DNA from: Octopus sinensis
Lineage: Eukaryota
Assembly: GCF_006345805.1 (NCBI RefSeq)
Contig: NC_043008.1
Coordinates: forward strand, 6,138,001-6,202,000
Length of the DNA: 64,000 nt
Direction of reading: 5' to 3'
In this document: positions 26,425 to 39,735 of the stretch, piece after piece
Layout: the number at the start of each line of letters is the position of its first letter
How positions within the stretch are numbered: position 1 is the first letter of the stretch
Translations under genes and position numbers: made by a program
Notes under the pieces: model-generated
The model's input: the letters and a program-made list of their open reading frames with translations, nothing else
What the model was told of the DNA's origin: nothing
Databases searched by the model: none

Positions 26425-27297
26425 GTCAACCTTGGCAGAATTTGAACTCAGAACACAGAAACTGATGAGATAATGCTAAGCATTTAGCCCAGCATGCTAA
26501 CAACTCTACCAGCTAGCTGACTTCACCAAAGAAATAATAATGATAATTATTATTATAAACAATTATGATCAGTTTTATTATTATTGAATTCATAGCTCTT
26601 GAGGCTAATAAGGCCAATAGATTAGTTCTTGAGGTTAATTGGGTCAACAGCTTTATAACTATGCAATTAATAAAAACAAAGGCCCGCCAATCACTTCTCT
26701 ACTGCGCTACCTGGACTATAAATATTTCACTGTTCGGATTACCAATTCTTTTGAAGTGTCACCAAGGAAATTGTCTAAATTCTAGTAATTCCAGAATAAC
26801 CATAAGTTATATTTGCTAGCAGCATTAATGTGTGAGACTCACTGTCAAAGAAGTCAGAATTATCAGGGATGTATTCAAGATTTATTTGTTCTTATCATCT
26901 TAAACTTGGTGTTAATGTGACAAGCTGCACTTGTACGGCCTCTAAGAGGCTTTTTAGGCTTAATGCAAACTGAAGCATGACAAGAAGACCACAACCTCCA
27001 CTTTCCAGTTTGTTAGTTCCAACGTCTCCTGTTTGACACCTCTATCAATATGGACAAAATGCAATAAGTGGGGAAAAAAAAAAAAGAAGTTTTAATCAGA
27101 TCAGCAACTACTCTGTACTTAGTACTGGAATTGTACAGCAGTTAGTAATATTACAAAACTTACTGATCCGCATAAAAACTTTTAAGTACTAAAAAAGATT
27201 ACATTCATAAATTTGCATTCTCATACAGACACACACACACACACACGAATATACATTACATATGTGAACATTTGACAACCATCTTCTCAACATACAC

Positions 27298-27335
<38 letters not shown>

Positions 27336-27443
27336 CATGTATGTATGCATGAAAGGATAAATGAATTGGTAGGAGGGTAGATGAGAAGAGGGTGGATGGA
27401 GGGACAGATGAAAGAATCTATAAAGATATATATATATATATAT

Positions 27444-27624
27444 TATCATCATCATCATCATCATCATTCAACATCCGTTTTCTATGCTAGCATGGGTTGG
27501 ATGGTTCGATCAGGGTCTGGGAAGCCAGAAGGCTGCACCAGGCTCCAGTCTGATCTGGCAGTGTTTCTACAGCTGGATGCCCTTCCTAATGCCAACCACT
27601 CCATGAGTGTAGTGGGTGCTTTTT
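27444..27624 (-). mobile_element. RTE-tail fragment
   Basis: (cat)n followed by atgctagcatgggttggatgg...ccttcctaatgccaaccactcc. Confidence 0.75.
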
Positions 27625-28099
27625 AAAATTCCATACTGATAATCAATATAACAGCTCATAACTAAAGGTTTCATGCAACTAACATTACGGCCAACTGTGT
27701 ACACAGAGACAAAAATAAATGTAAGGTGTGTGACTTGTATGCATTACACTAAACCATTAGGCATGAGATAAAAAAACCTATTTACTCACACACTAGAGAT
27801 AAAGAAAATAACATTATTCACAAATGAGACATTTTAAAGGATTCATTGATTAAACTTATTCTATCTCTCTCTCTCTCTCTGAGACACACACACTCTCTCT
27901 CACACACACACTCTCTCTCTCTCACACACACAACCCTAAATCTGAGCAAAGTGAGGTTTCAATTATGAATTAAGTATATAAAAAGGAATGCAAATTCAAA
28001 AACATAGTCTTGTAGAAATGACAAAAAAAAAAGAGAGAGATTTTGAACTTGTCTGAATGTGAAAATCAAGAAATTAAGTTAAATCAATGTAAGGAAAAT

Positions 28100-28250
28100 G
28101 TGAAAAAGATTCACATGTATTCAAATATGTGAAATAGGAGATTTACACATATTAGATTATGAGAAAGGAGAGATTTACATATATTAAATTATGAGAAAGA
28201 GGAGATTTAGATATATTAGATTATGAGAAAGGAGAGATTTACATATTAAA
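28100..28250. repeat. Minisatellite, ~32-bp unit, about 4 copies
   Basis: Repeated gagatttacatatattagattatgagaaag. Confidence 0.85.
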
Positions 28251-28741
28251 AGTGTATTAAAATCTCACAAAATTATAGCAAAGCTGAATTTAAAGAATAT
28301 TAAACAATTTTTTTACTATATCTGAAGTTAACTAGTTTCTGCATATTAATAAATGTGGAAAAGTGAAAAATATAAAAAATAAAGATGTGCATATCACTAA
28401 TTTTTGGCAGGTTTTAATTAGAAAATTTGCAAAAAAAAAAGATAGGATAAGATGTCATGGTAAAAAGTAAAATAAAGTAAAAAGTCTGTTTCATATTCAC
28501 AAAGTAAAAATTGATCTTAGAAAGAAAGCATAAATCTTAAGTTTCGAGCCTGGAGGCAATAAATGGTACTTCCCTCAAGTTACAGCAGAATTCAGATAGT
28601 TGCTGATGCTTAGTTTCAGTTTACATCTAGAGACACAATTTTAGCCCTAGGTCTTCAACTAGTGAGCAGTCAAAATGGATCTTACATATCCATACTACAC
28701 ATTTCCTTCATAATATGTGGATAAATATCTTAAGTTATATA

Positions 28742-29098
28742 CTCTTTTACTTGTTTCAGTCATTTGACTGCAGCCATGCTGGAGCACCACCTTTAGTTGA
28801 GCAAATCGACCCCACGATTTATTCTTTGTAAGCCTAGTACTTATTCTATCGGTTTCTTTTGCCAAACCGCTAAGTTACGGGGACGTAAACACACCAGCAT
28901 CGGTTGTCAGACACACAAACACACATATATATATACGACAAGCTTCTTTCAGTTTCCGTCTACCAAATCCACTTACAAGGTATTGGTCGGCCTGAGGCTA
29001 TAGTAGAAGACACTTGCCCAAGGTGCCACACAGTTGGACTGAACCCGGAACCATGTGGTTGGTAAGCAAGCTACTTACCACACAGCCACTCCTACGCC
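28742..29098 (-). mobile_element. SINE family A
   Basis: Near-consensus copy. Confidence 0.85.
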
Positions 29099-29882
29099 TA
29101 TATGTAACATTGACGAGATGTGGTGAAAATTTTTAACAGGATATGTGATATGAGGCATTGATTTTGAAAATTATCAAGAATTTGGAGGGATTTAATAATC
29201 ATTTCTACTCTAGGCACAAGGCCCAAAAGTTTTGGGGAGAGGGCCAGCTGATTAGATCTACTCCTGTACACAACTGGTACTTAATTTATTGACCATGAAA
29301 GGATGAAAGGCAAAGTCGACCTCGGCAGAATTTGAACTCAGAACATAAAGACAGACGAAGGATTTAATGATTGACCCTTTATTTTTTATTACACAGTTGT
29401 TTGGATTATAACTTGACAAAAGGTTTTACTTCAAATTAGAAGGGAAGATTTATGCTTAAAGTTAGTGTTTTTTTTATTATTAAAAATCAAAGTTTTCAGG
29501 TGGGGTCATATCAAAGTGATTAATAAATATGGTTGTTATTCACTTATTCTCAACTGGTGACCTTTTACAAAAAAAGTCTACTCAATACCATCACTCATCT
29601 AAAAGTTGACAAGATTCAATAGCTTGCATGAGAGCTGAGAAAATTCACAGACTTTCACATTGTTGAATAACTCAGCCATTATTCCCAGCAATTAGAAACC
29701 ATAAATATACACTCGCAGACTGTCATTCACGTCACTCTTAAAACACATCATTCTAATGTATCGATGCAACTATGTAGATGATGATGATGATGATAGTGAT
29801 GTTAATAAATGGATAAGAACATCATAAAAGTTGTGATGATGTAAATGCACAGAGGCTGGAGACAGGAACAATAAAGGAAGGT

Positions 29883-30333
29883 TTAACCCTTTGGCTTTTA
29901 AACTGGCCAAATCTGGTGAAAATATTCTGCCTATTCTATCTTCAAAGTGACCAGGTCTGGCCTCTCACACCTATCTTAACCCTTTAGTATTTAAACTGGC
30001 CATATCTGGCCAAAATAGTTAATCTGTTTTATGTTCAAACTGACCAGATCCAGGCTCTTGCACCTACCCTACAATGTTATTCTACATTAAGTAATTACAC
30101 CATCAACATCTTGAAGATATGAGATAATGCATGATTAATTCAAATCAATGTGAATCAATAAGCATTATGTTTGATAGAGTAATCTGAACACTAAAGGGTT
30201 AATGTCATTCTTAAAAATAAACAATCCTGTCTTTGAAATCTTGAAGCTACAAGACAACACATGATTAATTCAAAACAATGGGAATCAAAAAAGCCTTACT
30301 TTTGATAAAGTAATCTGAATGCTAAATGGTTTA
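29883..30333. mobile_element. Nested piggyBac-like MITEs (family 1 in family 1)
   Basis: Inner copy bounded by TTAA at 29976-29979 and 30199-30202. The outer copy resumes with tgtcattc. Confidence 0.8.
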
Positions 30334-31041
30334 GATTTTGAATTCAAGACAGAGAATTATGTCTCAGTTCACAGACAAGAGAATCAGTACCGAGTCTTTT
30401 GCTGTTGTTCTCCCCTTAACCAAGGAGAAAGTCATAACATTAAATTTACCGAGATAACTACAGCACTATTAAATTTTATTCTTTAGAGGTTATAGTGTTG
30501 CTGTTGCTGATTGTTGTTGTTGTTAAGCAACAAGACGGGTAAGGGTGATTAGGAGATGGTCTAGGGCTTAGGGGCAAGAGACCCCAAACCTTGGGAAAAA
30601 AAAAAAATTTTGGTCGTCTTGTTGTAGTCAAGGGCTCTTTGTTGACACCTGACACCAATGGGAGGTGGCCCTCGAAGTCGCTGGAAATGGAGATCTCCAG
30701 GACCAAATTCTTGAACGGCTGCTGTTGCCGATGTATTGGCGTTGGTAATAATCATTTCTAACAACCACAAAGGTGAAAATTTGTGGGGAGACAACCAATC
30801 AATCAATTATACAGTGGCCAGGTTGATTCTATATGTATCAACTCTGGAAGGGTCAAAGGTAAGGTTGGCCTCCACAGGATTTGAACACTGAACATAAAGA
30901 GCCAAAACAAATTACTTCAAGGTATTTTGTTACAAGTTCATCCACTTTTGTTAATCCACTCCCTTGATGATGGCAGAGGTAGTAATAATAAGTTTTTAAT
31001 TTAGTTAGAAACCAGAAATCTGGTTGGCAGCAGTTAGGTAA

Positions 31042-31269
31042 TTAACTCCCTAGAATTCAAACCAGCTATGTCCAGCCAACATATTCTACCTGTTTTATGT
31101 TCACACCAACCAGATCCAGCCTCTCACACCTTTGCTACAAATGTTATTCTAAAAATTAACAACCAGATCATCAAAATCATGAAGTTATGAGATAATCTAT
31201 GATTAATTCAAAACACTGTGAATAAATAAACATAAAATTTGACAAGCTAATCTGAATGCTAAAGGGTCA
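31042..31269. mobile_element. piggyBac-like MITE family 1, diverged
   Basis: Same body as 29976-30202, ending aatgctaaagggt. Confidence 0.65.
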
Positions 31270-32147
31270 AATTGACCCCTGCACTTGACTGGGGCTTTAT
31301 TCTGTCAACCCCAGAAAGTGGAAAGCAAAGTTCACTTTGGTGTAAAGAGCTGGAACAAAGGCAGTAATGTGACAGTAATAATGATCAGTAGTAGCAGTAG
31401 TAGTGGTGACAGTGGTTGTGTGGTAGTAATGGCAGAGCAAGGAAGTAATTAAAAATGCAGAAGTAATTACAAAAAAAAAACTGAAAGTTTAAATATTTTT
31501 AAAAACTAATTTCACCCCTGCCCCAGCCATTCCATAATTTTGACGAAAATTTTCATGACTGAAAGTGTTTTGAATAAATCTCGCTCGTTTTGATACAATG
31601 TGGTTCACACCTCTCGTATGGTTTATACTCCTTTCTGGGGTGTTAAAGAGTACAAATAAAACAAAAAAATATAAATTTCCATGCAATAATCAAGCTTTGA
31701 ATGAGAATTCTAGTACAACACATTATTAACAGGAATTAATCAAGAACAAGTGCGACATGTTTGGAATGGACGATTAATTCAGCCCATTTTCGTTAGAAAT
31801 TTTCACCACTGCCATACTTGGAATAATGTTTAACACCAAGAGTCACTGAATGGTGATGGTGGTACTATTGTAGTCTTGAATGATTAAATTTTAGAAATGA
31901 AAGCAGCGTTGAAGCACAAAATTAAAATAATATTAGCCAGTGTTGCCAATCATGTTGGTGATGATGCCACCGAGTGACTCAAAAAGTTTTGGTTATATAT
32001 TCCTTTGGAGAATCTTAGACAGCATTTATGACTGAAAGACATATTCAGCTGAATGAAAAAAAATGTATATTTAGATTTCTAACTCAGATTTTCTTCTTTC
32101 ATAAATGTAAAGTAAGTTATGAAAATATGTTTAATCTGAAAGCAATA

Positions 32148-32558
32148 GGCGCAGGATTGGCTGTGTGGTACGTAGCTTGCTTACCAACCACATGGTTCTG
32201 GGTTCAGTCCCACTGCGTAGCACCTTGGGCAAGTGTCTTCTACTATAGCCTCGGGACGACCAAAGCCTTGTGAGTGGACTTGGTAGACGGAAACTGAAAG
32301 AAGCCCATCGTGTATATATATATATATATGCATGTGTGTGTATATGTTTGTGTGTCTGTGTTTGTCTCCCCCAACATCGATTGACAACCAATGCTAGGTG
32401 TGTTTACGTCCCCGTAACTTAGCGGTTCGACCTAAGAGACTGATAGAATAAGTACTAGGCTTACAAAGAATAAGTCCTGGGGTCGAATTGCTCGACTAAA
32501 GGCGGTGCTCCAGCATGGCTACAGTCAAATGACTGAAACGAGTAAAAGAGTAAAAGAG
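32148..32558 (+). mobile_element. SINE family A, full length
   Basis: Runs from ggcgcaggattggctgtgtgg to an (agtaaaag)n tail. Confidence 0.9.
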
Positions 32559-33048
32559 AGAGTTATTGATATAGGCATAAGCATTTTCCTCTTTTCTATG
32601 AATGAGATAACCTACATATCATCATTTAACGGCCGTTTTCTAGGCTGGCATGGGTTGGATGGTCGGACAGGAGCGGCTAGTTAGAAAACGGCACTAGGCT
32701 CCAAAAGTCTGTTTTGGTATGGGTTTTATGGCTGGATGCCCTTCCTAATGCCAACCACTTTACAGAGTGGCCTATATATGTGTGTGTGTGTGTAAGGCTG
32801 TTGCACTTATGTTAGTTAGATTGTGTGTTTGACTCCCTGACTGTGCGATGGACATGCTGTTCCTGCCCCCTTTTTGATCAAGGGGAAATGTTAACCTGCT
32901 TGTCTGCCCAGCAGGATGGTCATTTGAAGGCTAAAACAGTGCAAAAGTGCACTGTGACTAGCGATATGTAACGTCTGATAACCTGATTGGCATGTAGTTA
33001 TACACACATTTATATATATAAATAATTTTATATATATATATATATACA

Positions 33049-33409
33049 CGAGCAAGACGCCCCCCGTCCAATGGATGGAGCTACGTTGTCACACATTTAA
33101 ACCAAATTTTCTCAAAACAACTTGTCTGACCGTCCCATAGGTCTCCCCTTTGAGAAACACTGATTTAATCTACATTTGAGACACCAGCAAAAGAAGAAAT
33201 AAAGATAGACTTTTTTTCTATTCCAAAGAAAAACGATTTTATTCATTTTATCGATCGCATTCTCACCTGGAGTCGATTTTTGTAATTTTTTCAAGACTTA
33301 TACACACCATGATACCATTGGTATCTACATATCAAATTTGAGCACAATTGGATGGAGGATGCCCGAGATCCTAGAAGACACACAGACAGAACGGATTTTA
33401 TATAAGAGA
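33049..33409 (-). mobile_element. Non-autonomous Helitron family 2
   Basis: Minus strand starts A|TCTCTTATATAAAA. Ends with hairpin ccatccattggacgg and CTCG|T (variant of CTRR). Confidence 0.7.
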
Positions 33410-33466
33410 TGTATGTCGTCATCATCATCATCATGTATGTGTGTGTGTGTGTGTGTGTGTTGTGTG

Positions 33467-33518
<52 letters not shown>

Positions 33519-35069
33519 CAGACAGACAGAGGAAGAGAAAGAAAGAACAAATAATAAAGATTGCATCAGTTAATGCTCGCACTCAAATCTCTGGGAGATG
33601 AAGATTCAACAATCCTGCCATCAACATTGCATTAAATACAGATAAGAACATTTTACCGTATTCTTCATTGTACTATGGACTTTATGAGCAGTACCTGTGG
33701 AAATTCCGCAGCCCATTTTCTGGTACAGTGTCAGCCATAAATATCTCTCCACTCGATAATAATATCCTGCCGTTTCCTTTATAATCCCTTCATTAATTTC
33801 CAAGAAATCTTGTCTCTTCTCTTCCCGCCTCTTTTCTCATTCTGGCTCATGTAAAATATTCTTGCCAACTATTAATATAATGGTTCACATTTTGCCTTTT
33901 GCTTTGTTTTGATTAATGGTTCTCATTCTTTTCCTGTTAGCTTTGGCGTTAATGTTCCTCATATGGTAAACTCCATTTCTTGCTTCAATTTAATTCCTTT
34001 CCTCCTGGGTAAATACTTCTTGTCAGTCATGATTTTCCTCTCTTTATTCCAAATTCTTTGACCTGTATCTTCTCTGCCCCTCTTGGTTCAATTCTTGCTG
34101 TTGTGCTCTATGATCATTGTAATGTTCACTTGAACCAGTCTTTCTTTTTCTGTAGCACACACTTTAACCAGTATGGCAGTTTTTTGTCTTTTTACACCAC
34201 AGGAATCTATTGTTCGCACTTTAATATGAAGATTGATAACCTAAGTTTGCTAATGAGTCATAACTTAGATTTTCTTACCCTACTTTTGGCTTGTAATTTT
34301 AAACAGTCAAAAGCAAGTATTCAGTACTGCAGCATAGTAATGTGAAAAGTGACCGTTGTATATCTATAGAAGCCAGTAAATTGCTATTGGTTACCTGCAG
34401 CTTGAAGACCTCATATGACAATTTCATGTTAAAAAAGTCACAAAATTATCATATTCATACTATGTTAGGGCTGGAAGAAGAAAGCTTTTAACCATAGATA
34501 CCACAAACCATTAAATTATTAAATTATTCAAAGAACTAAAATCGTAGAATTCATGGATAGAACAGCTCGAACCATTACATTCTCTGTGTGAGAGAACATT
34601 TGGTTATCGCTCAAGAAAGCATAAATTTTTGCATAAAAATATCACCATATAAGCTGGTTTTGCTTGCTTTTCAGAGAGACGAAAAAATACTTCCTCATTA
34701 AATAAATGCTAACTTTTTACAAAGCCATAATATAGCCTACATTAGAGCAACATACATCAGAACATATTCATACAGTTCAACTAACTGACACACACACACA
34801 TTGTATCTTAAGATCTTCAGCTCAAACATAGCAAAAATGCCTGATAGGCAAACTTTTAACTCTTACAACAGAGATGAATTGTAAGTTAATAATTTTTTCA
34901 ATTTTTTTGTTCTCTAATTACAACAATAGTTTCTGCTATTCTAAGTGTGTTAGTACGATGACAGCCCCCACCTGATTCTAATTAATGCAACTACCTCTCC
35001 ATTCTTCGGCGCTTCCACTGCTCCCCCACCCCATACTAATCACTAAGTGAAATCTTTGCTCTCTGGAAT

Positions 35070-35397
35070 TACCGCCTTTAGTTGAGCAAATTGACCCCAG
35101 GACTTATTCTTTGTAAGTCTAGTACTTATTCTATCAGTCTCTTTTGCTAAACTGCAAAGTTACGGAGATGTAAATACACCAGCATCGGTTGTCAAGTGAT
35201 GTTGGTGGGGAAAAACACAGACACACAAACACATATACATATGATGGGCTTCTTTCAGTTTCCGTCTACCAAATCCACTCACAAGGCTTTGGTTGGCCCA
35301 AGGCTATAGTAGAAGACACTTGCCCAAGATGCCATGCAGTGGGACTGAACCCAGAACCATGTGGTTAGTAAGCAAGCTACTTACTACACAACCACTT
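35070..35397 (-). mobile_element. SINE family A (3'-truncated)
   Basis: Homology to the other copies. Confidence 0.8.
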
Positions 35398-36351
35398 CTG
35401 AGCCTAGAATCTGTTAAAAGTCATTAGATAACATGCTGAGTTTGAACTCTTCACCAGCTAATCTAATATCTAGCACCTTAATCTTTCATACAGTGACTGT
35501 TCTTTAATAATTCAATGTTTCAAAATTATAAAAAAAGTTTTTTGCTCTACCCTGTACACAGAAATATCCTGTTAAGTTTTGACTAACAAATTCTTCAGAT
35601 CTGGCAAGATTTTTCATTATTCCTGAAGCTTCCTTATTTACTCATTTATTTTTTTCTTCTTATTTAAAAACGTACTCACTCTTCTCTAAACTTATCTGTC
35701 AGTTTCACATTAAATACCATAGAGGTTTAAACTTAACAATCAATCTCATATATCTTCAAGTCTTAAAGACTTCCCCTTCTACAATTACAAGAAAACTGTC
35801 AGTGAATGAGATACTAGAGTTGCCCAGAGATTCGTGTTAGAGTAAAATTAAATACAGGTAAGATAAGTTCTACAGTGAAATCTGAATTCAGTGTATCTGT
35901 TTCAATAAAATATTGTGTGGAGACGGATAGTAAGTCGGTGAGTGTATCTGTTTGTTGCGTGTGTGACTTATATCAATAGTTTCCTTTTAGAATATGTTTT
36001 CATTTAATTATCATATTAGCAGCCAATGTCATCAACTGATACAGAGCTGAAGTAAAGTGGGGAAAATGCAACAATGAAAGAAGATGGCAAAAAGAAGTTT
36101 GTGATATTTTGATTTTTCCACTGGGTATCATATTAGCCGACGCGGTGTATATATATCTTTTTTAATAGAAGTAAATTAGCTTTGAAATACTTCAAATAAC
36201 TTCCTTTAATAATAGTTGTTCCTCTGTAACATCAACTGTATTTACCATCATCACCACTTGCATACACACACACACACACACACATGCACATACACTCATA
36301 TATACATACATGCACCCCTCCCTCTATGTATAAGCAATAAATATATAGACA

Positions 36352-36590
36352 CATCATCATCATCGTTTAATGACTGTTTTCCAAGCTGGCATGGGTTGGA
36401 CAGTTTGACTGAGGTCTGGAGAGCCAGGAAGCTGCACCAGGCTCCAATCTGATCTGGCAATGTGTCTACAGCTGGATGCCCTTCCTAATGCCAACCACTC
36501 TGAGAATGTAGTGGGTGCTTTTTACATGACACCAGCACAGCAGCCAGTCAGGCGGGCCTGACATCAATCACATTCGAATAATGCTTTTTG
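36352..36590 (-). mobile_element. RTE-tail fragment
   Basis: (cat)n followed by gctggcatgggttggacag...ccttcctaatgccaaccactc. Confidence 0.75.
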
Positions 36591-37890
36591 CATATACATA
36601 CATATATATATATAATACTTATACTGAAACTAACTTATATACCCACATACAAACATAAATACATAGTGTAATGCATAAACCTAGACACCGACATACTGAT
36701 GTAGACATTCATATATCTGTGCTGCACTTGATTATCAATATATGACCCTCTTCAAACCAATTAAAAGACCCTCACTGTTCAGTTATCCACTTCTTTCCTC
36801 GTTTTCTAGGAATAACACAAGTGACCCATCATCATCATTGTCATGATGCTCTACAGCTACAACACTTACCACAACTAAACAATAGCAACGCAACAAGATC
36901 AGCCTAGGAAGTCACTCTTCAATACTATTATAGAACAATAGATGACCGATTAAACAACACAGTCCCTAGCTCTTCTCCACAGACAGGCCACTCAAACTCT
37001 TCTCAGAATAACACAAGATATCCTTCATCACCATCATCATTATATTCTACTGCTACTACTCCATTTAGTGAAGAATATTTAAGGGACCAAAAAAGGAAGA
37101 AGCAAAAGAGATATTTTCTACAAACTTGGCATGAAGGAAGGAAAGACTATTTGGTTTCTCAAGAAGTTTCTTTTTTTTTGCCTTAACTTTGTTTAACAAA
37201 ACCAAAAATTTTATTGAAATAAAGGCATGCTTAATTATTTTTTAATGAAAAGAAAACACTGATTGCTTTTTATTCAGCACCGTCCATTGGATGGCGGGGG
37301 TGCTCATTCTACCTCATATATATTTTTCATAATAGGGATTTATCAAAGTACCAGTAACATAGATTTTTCATAGAAGCAGATCTAGCTTTAACAATATAAA
37401 AGGACGTTAACAGTTGAAGATTCCTATTTGTGCAAACTTAAGTAATTGTTATCTGTTGGAATAGAAATTCTTAAACTGTTGTCAGACCTGATAATAGAGT
37501 TAGTTCTATTCTTTACATTATCTTCAGCCACTCAGACAGCGACACCCAAGAGTTAACTGATAATTTAACTGACACGGGGTGTGAAATAGGTTAACACATC
37601 AATACAAGTATTTGCCATAGATATCAAACAATTATCGAACCAACGATGGTGTGATGACCAGAAGCATCTACATATCTTAACTGTTGTTTTCTATAATTAC
37701 GTTAGAAGAGAATGAATGTCCAGCCAAAATACAAACCAAACAGCCCAAACAATTCAATACATAAATATTGAAGTGGAGCTTTTAATTTTCTGTTTTGAAA
37801 AATCAGTTCCAAGAATTAGGAAAAACTATTTGCAAAAGTTTCTGATTGAAGTCTTTTTGATGCTCATTTGAACAATATTAGCCATTTCAT

Positions 37891-38509
37891 TTATTCTTTT
37901 ACTTGTTTCAGTCATTTGACTGCGGCCATGCTGGAGCACTGCCTTTTTACATTATTTACACTATTTACATTTGATGGATATTTGTCCTCATCTTGTTTGT
38001 TGTTAACACAACTTTTCGGCTGATATAGCCTCCAGCCTTCATCAGGTGTCTTGGGGAATTTCGAACCTGGGTTCTCATTCCTAATGTATTTTTCGAAATT
38101 ATTATTATTATTATTATTCAGGTCACTGCCTAGAATTGAACCCGGAATCTTGGGGTTAGTAGCTCGCGCTCTTAACCACTACACCATATGCCCGTATATA
38201 GAACTGTATTGCCTTTTTAATCAAGCAAATTGACCCCAGGACTTATTCTTTGTAAGCCTAGTACTTATTCTATTGCTCCCTTTTACTGAACTGCTAAGTT
38301 ACAGGGAGGTAAACACACCAACATCAGTTGTCAAGCGATGTTGGGGGACAAACACATACATATATAGATTACGACAAGCTTCTTTCAGTTTCTGTTTACC
38401 AAATCCACTCATGAGGCTTTGGTCGGCCTGAGGCTATAGTAGAAGATACTTGCCCAAGGTGCCATGCAGTGGGACTGAACCCAGAACCGTGTGGTTGGTA
38501 AGCAAGCTA
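37891..38509 (-). mobile_element. SINE family A interrupted by family D
   Basis: Family A sequence breaks at tgccttttta (37940-37949) and resumes at the duplicate (38210-38219). Confidence 0.85.
37950..38209 (-). mobile_element. SINE family D (hammerhead-bearing)
   Basis: tRNA-like head cgggcatatggtgtagtggttaagagcgcg...gggttcaattc. Motif GACAC-CTGATGA-AGGCTG..CAGCC-GAAA-AGTT-GTGTT at 38005-38050. 10-bp TSD. Confidence 0.85.
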
Positions 38510-39174
38510 GGGGAGGAAGGATTGATCAATAATTTGTTAGGAAAGACAATGTAAGAAGAATGAGTGTTTGTTTAGAAAGTGTTTGGAGTTTGGATAATTT
38601 AGAAGATGAGAATCCATTATAATTTAGTTTTATAATTTCATTCACATTTAGGATTCTCTATATTTGATTCTAATACTTGATTGAAATCTATTTTAGACAT
38701 CTTCGAAAGATAAAAAAAAAAGATTTTGGTCTGAAATTAGAAGAACTAGGAATGCAAAGAATTATAACTAAACACCAGAGGCATTTTATACTGCCGAGGC
38801 AATAATTTTGCCAGTGGTTGTTGTGTACTGATTAGAGAATGAATCTTTGAAAATCTGCTGAGTAGGATTTCTTTACGCAATCTAAGACATTCATGGACAG
38901 AACTGCTGCTAAACACAGCAGTTCTGTCCAAGATTTGCCAGCAATCAGGAGTTCTGTAGAGACATGGGAGCTTATCAAAGTGAAATGATTTGTTCCCTAC
39001 ACAGGAAGACGAGCATTTGAGATGAAGTTTTCACAAATTTTCATATATTTACAATTCCAACTGGTTTTAGTCGTTGCAGATTGTTGATGAAACAACACAT
39101 CTGTCCCAGAACTGCTTTTTAACATACAAAAAGTGACAATTAATGTAGATTGAAATAGTGTTATATCTGCAATG

Positions 39175-39735
39175 TGAAGGTGCATGGCTAAGTGGTTAGG
39201 GTATTTGGTTCATGAACTGGCAGAACCGTTAGCACATCGGGCGAAATGCTTAGCCGTATTTTGTTTGCCGTTACGTTCTGAGTTCAAATTCCGCTGAAGT
39301 CGACTTTGCCTTTCATCCTTTCAGGGTCGATTAAATAAGTACCAGTTACACACTGGGGTCGATTTAATCAACTTAATCCGTTTGTCTGTCCCCTCTGTGT
39401 TTAGACCCCCGTGGGTAGTAAAGAAATAGGTTAGGGTATTTGGTTCATGATCGTAAGGTCGTGAGTTCAATTCCAGGTGACGTGTTGTGTCCTTGAGCAA
39501 GACACTTTATTTCACGTTGCTCCAGTCCACTCAGCTGGCAAATATGAGTTGTACCTGTAATTCAAAGGGGCCAGCCTTGTCACATTCTGTGTCACACTGA
39601 ATCTCCTTGAGAACTACACTAAGGGTACACGTGTCTGTGGAGTACTCAGCCACTTGCATGTTAATTTCACGAGCAGGCTGTCCCGTTGATCTGATCAACT
39701 GGAACACTCGTCGTCATAACCGACGGAGTGCCAAC
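39175..39735 (+). mobile_element. SINE family E (head H2 + tail T1) with nested family B copy
   Basis: CORE-like gtgtccttgagcaagacacttt. Family B insert at 39216-39428, flanked by a 22-bp duplication ggttagggtatttggttcatga. Confidence 0.85.

Noticed and set aside
28100-28250. CRISPR-like array
   Set aside because: Contiguous tandem units without unique spacers, in eukaryotic DNA with no cas genes.
33600-34250. Possible exon or LINE ORF remnant (ORF 33621-33803)
   Set aside because: No Ig motifs or good splice sites. Only a vague, stop-ridden resemblance to RTE ORF2.
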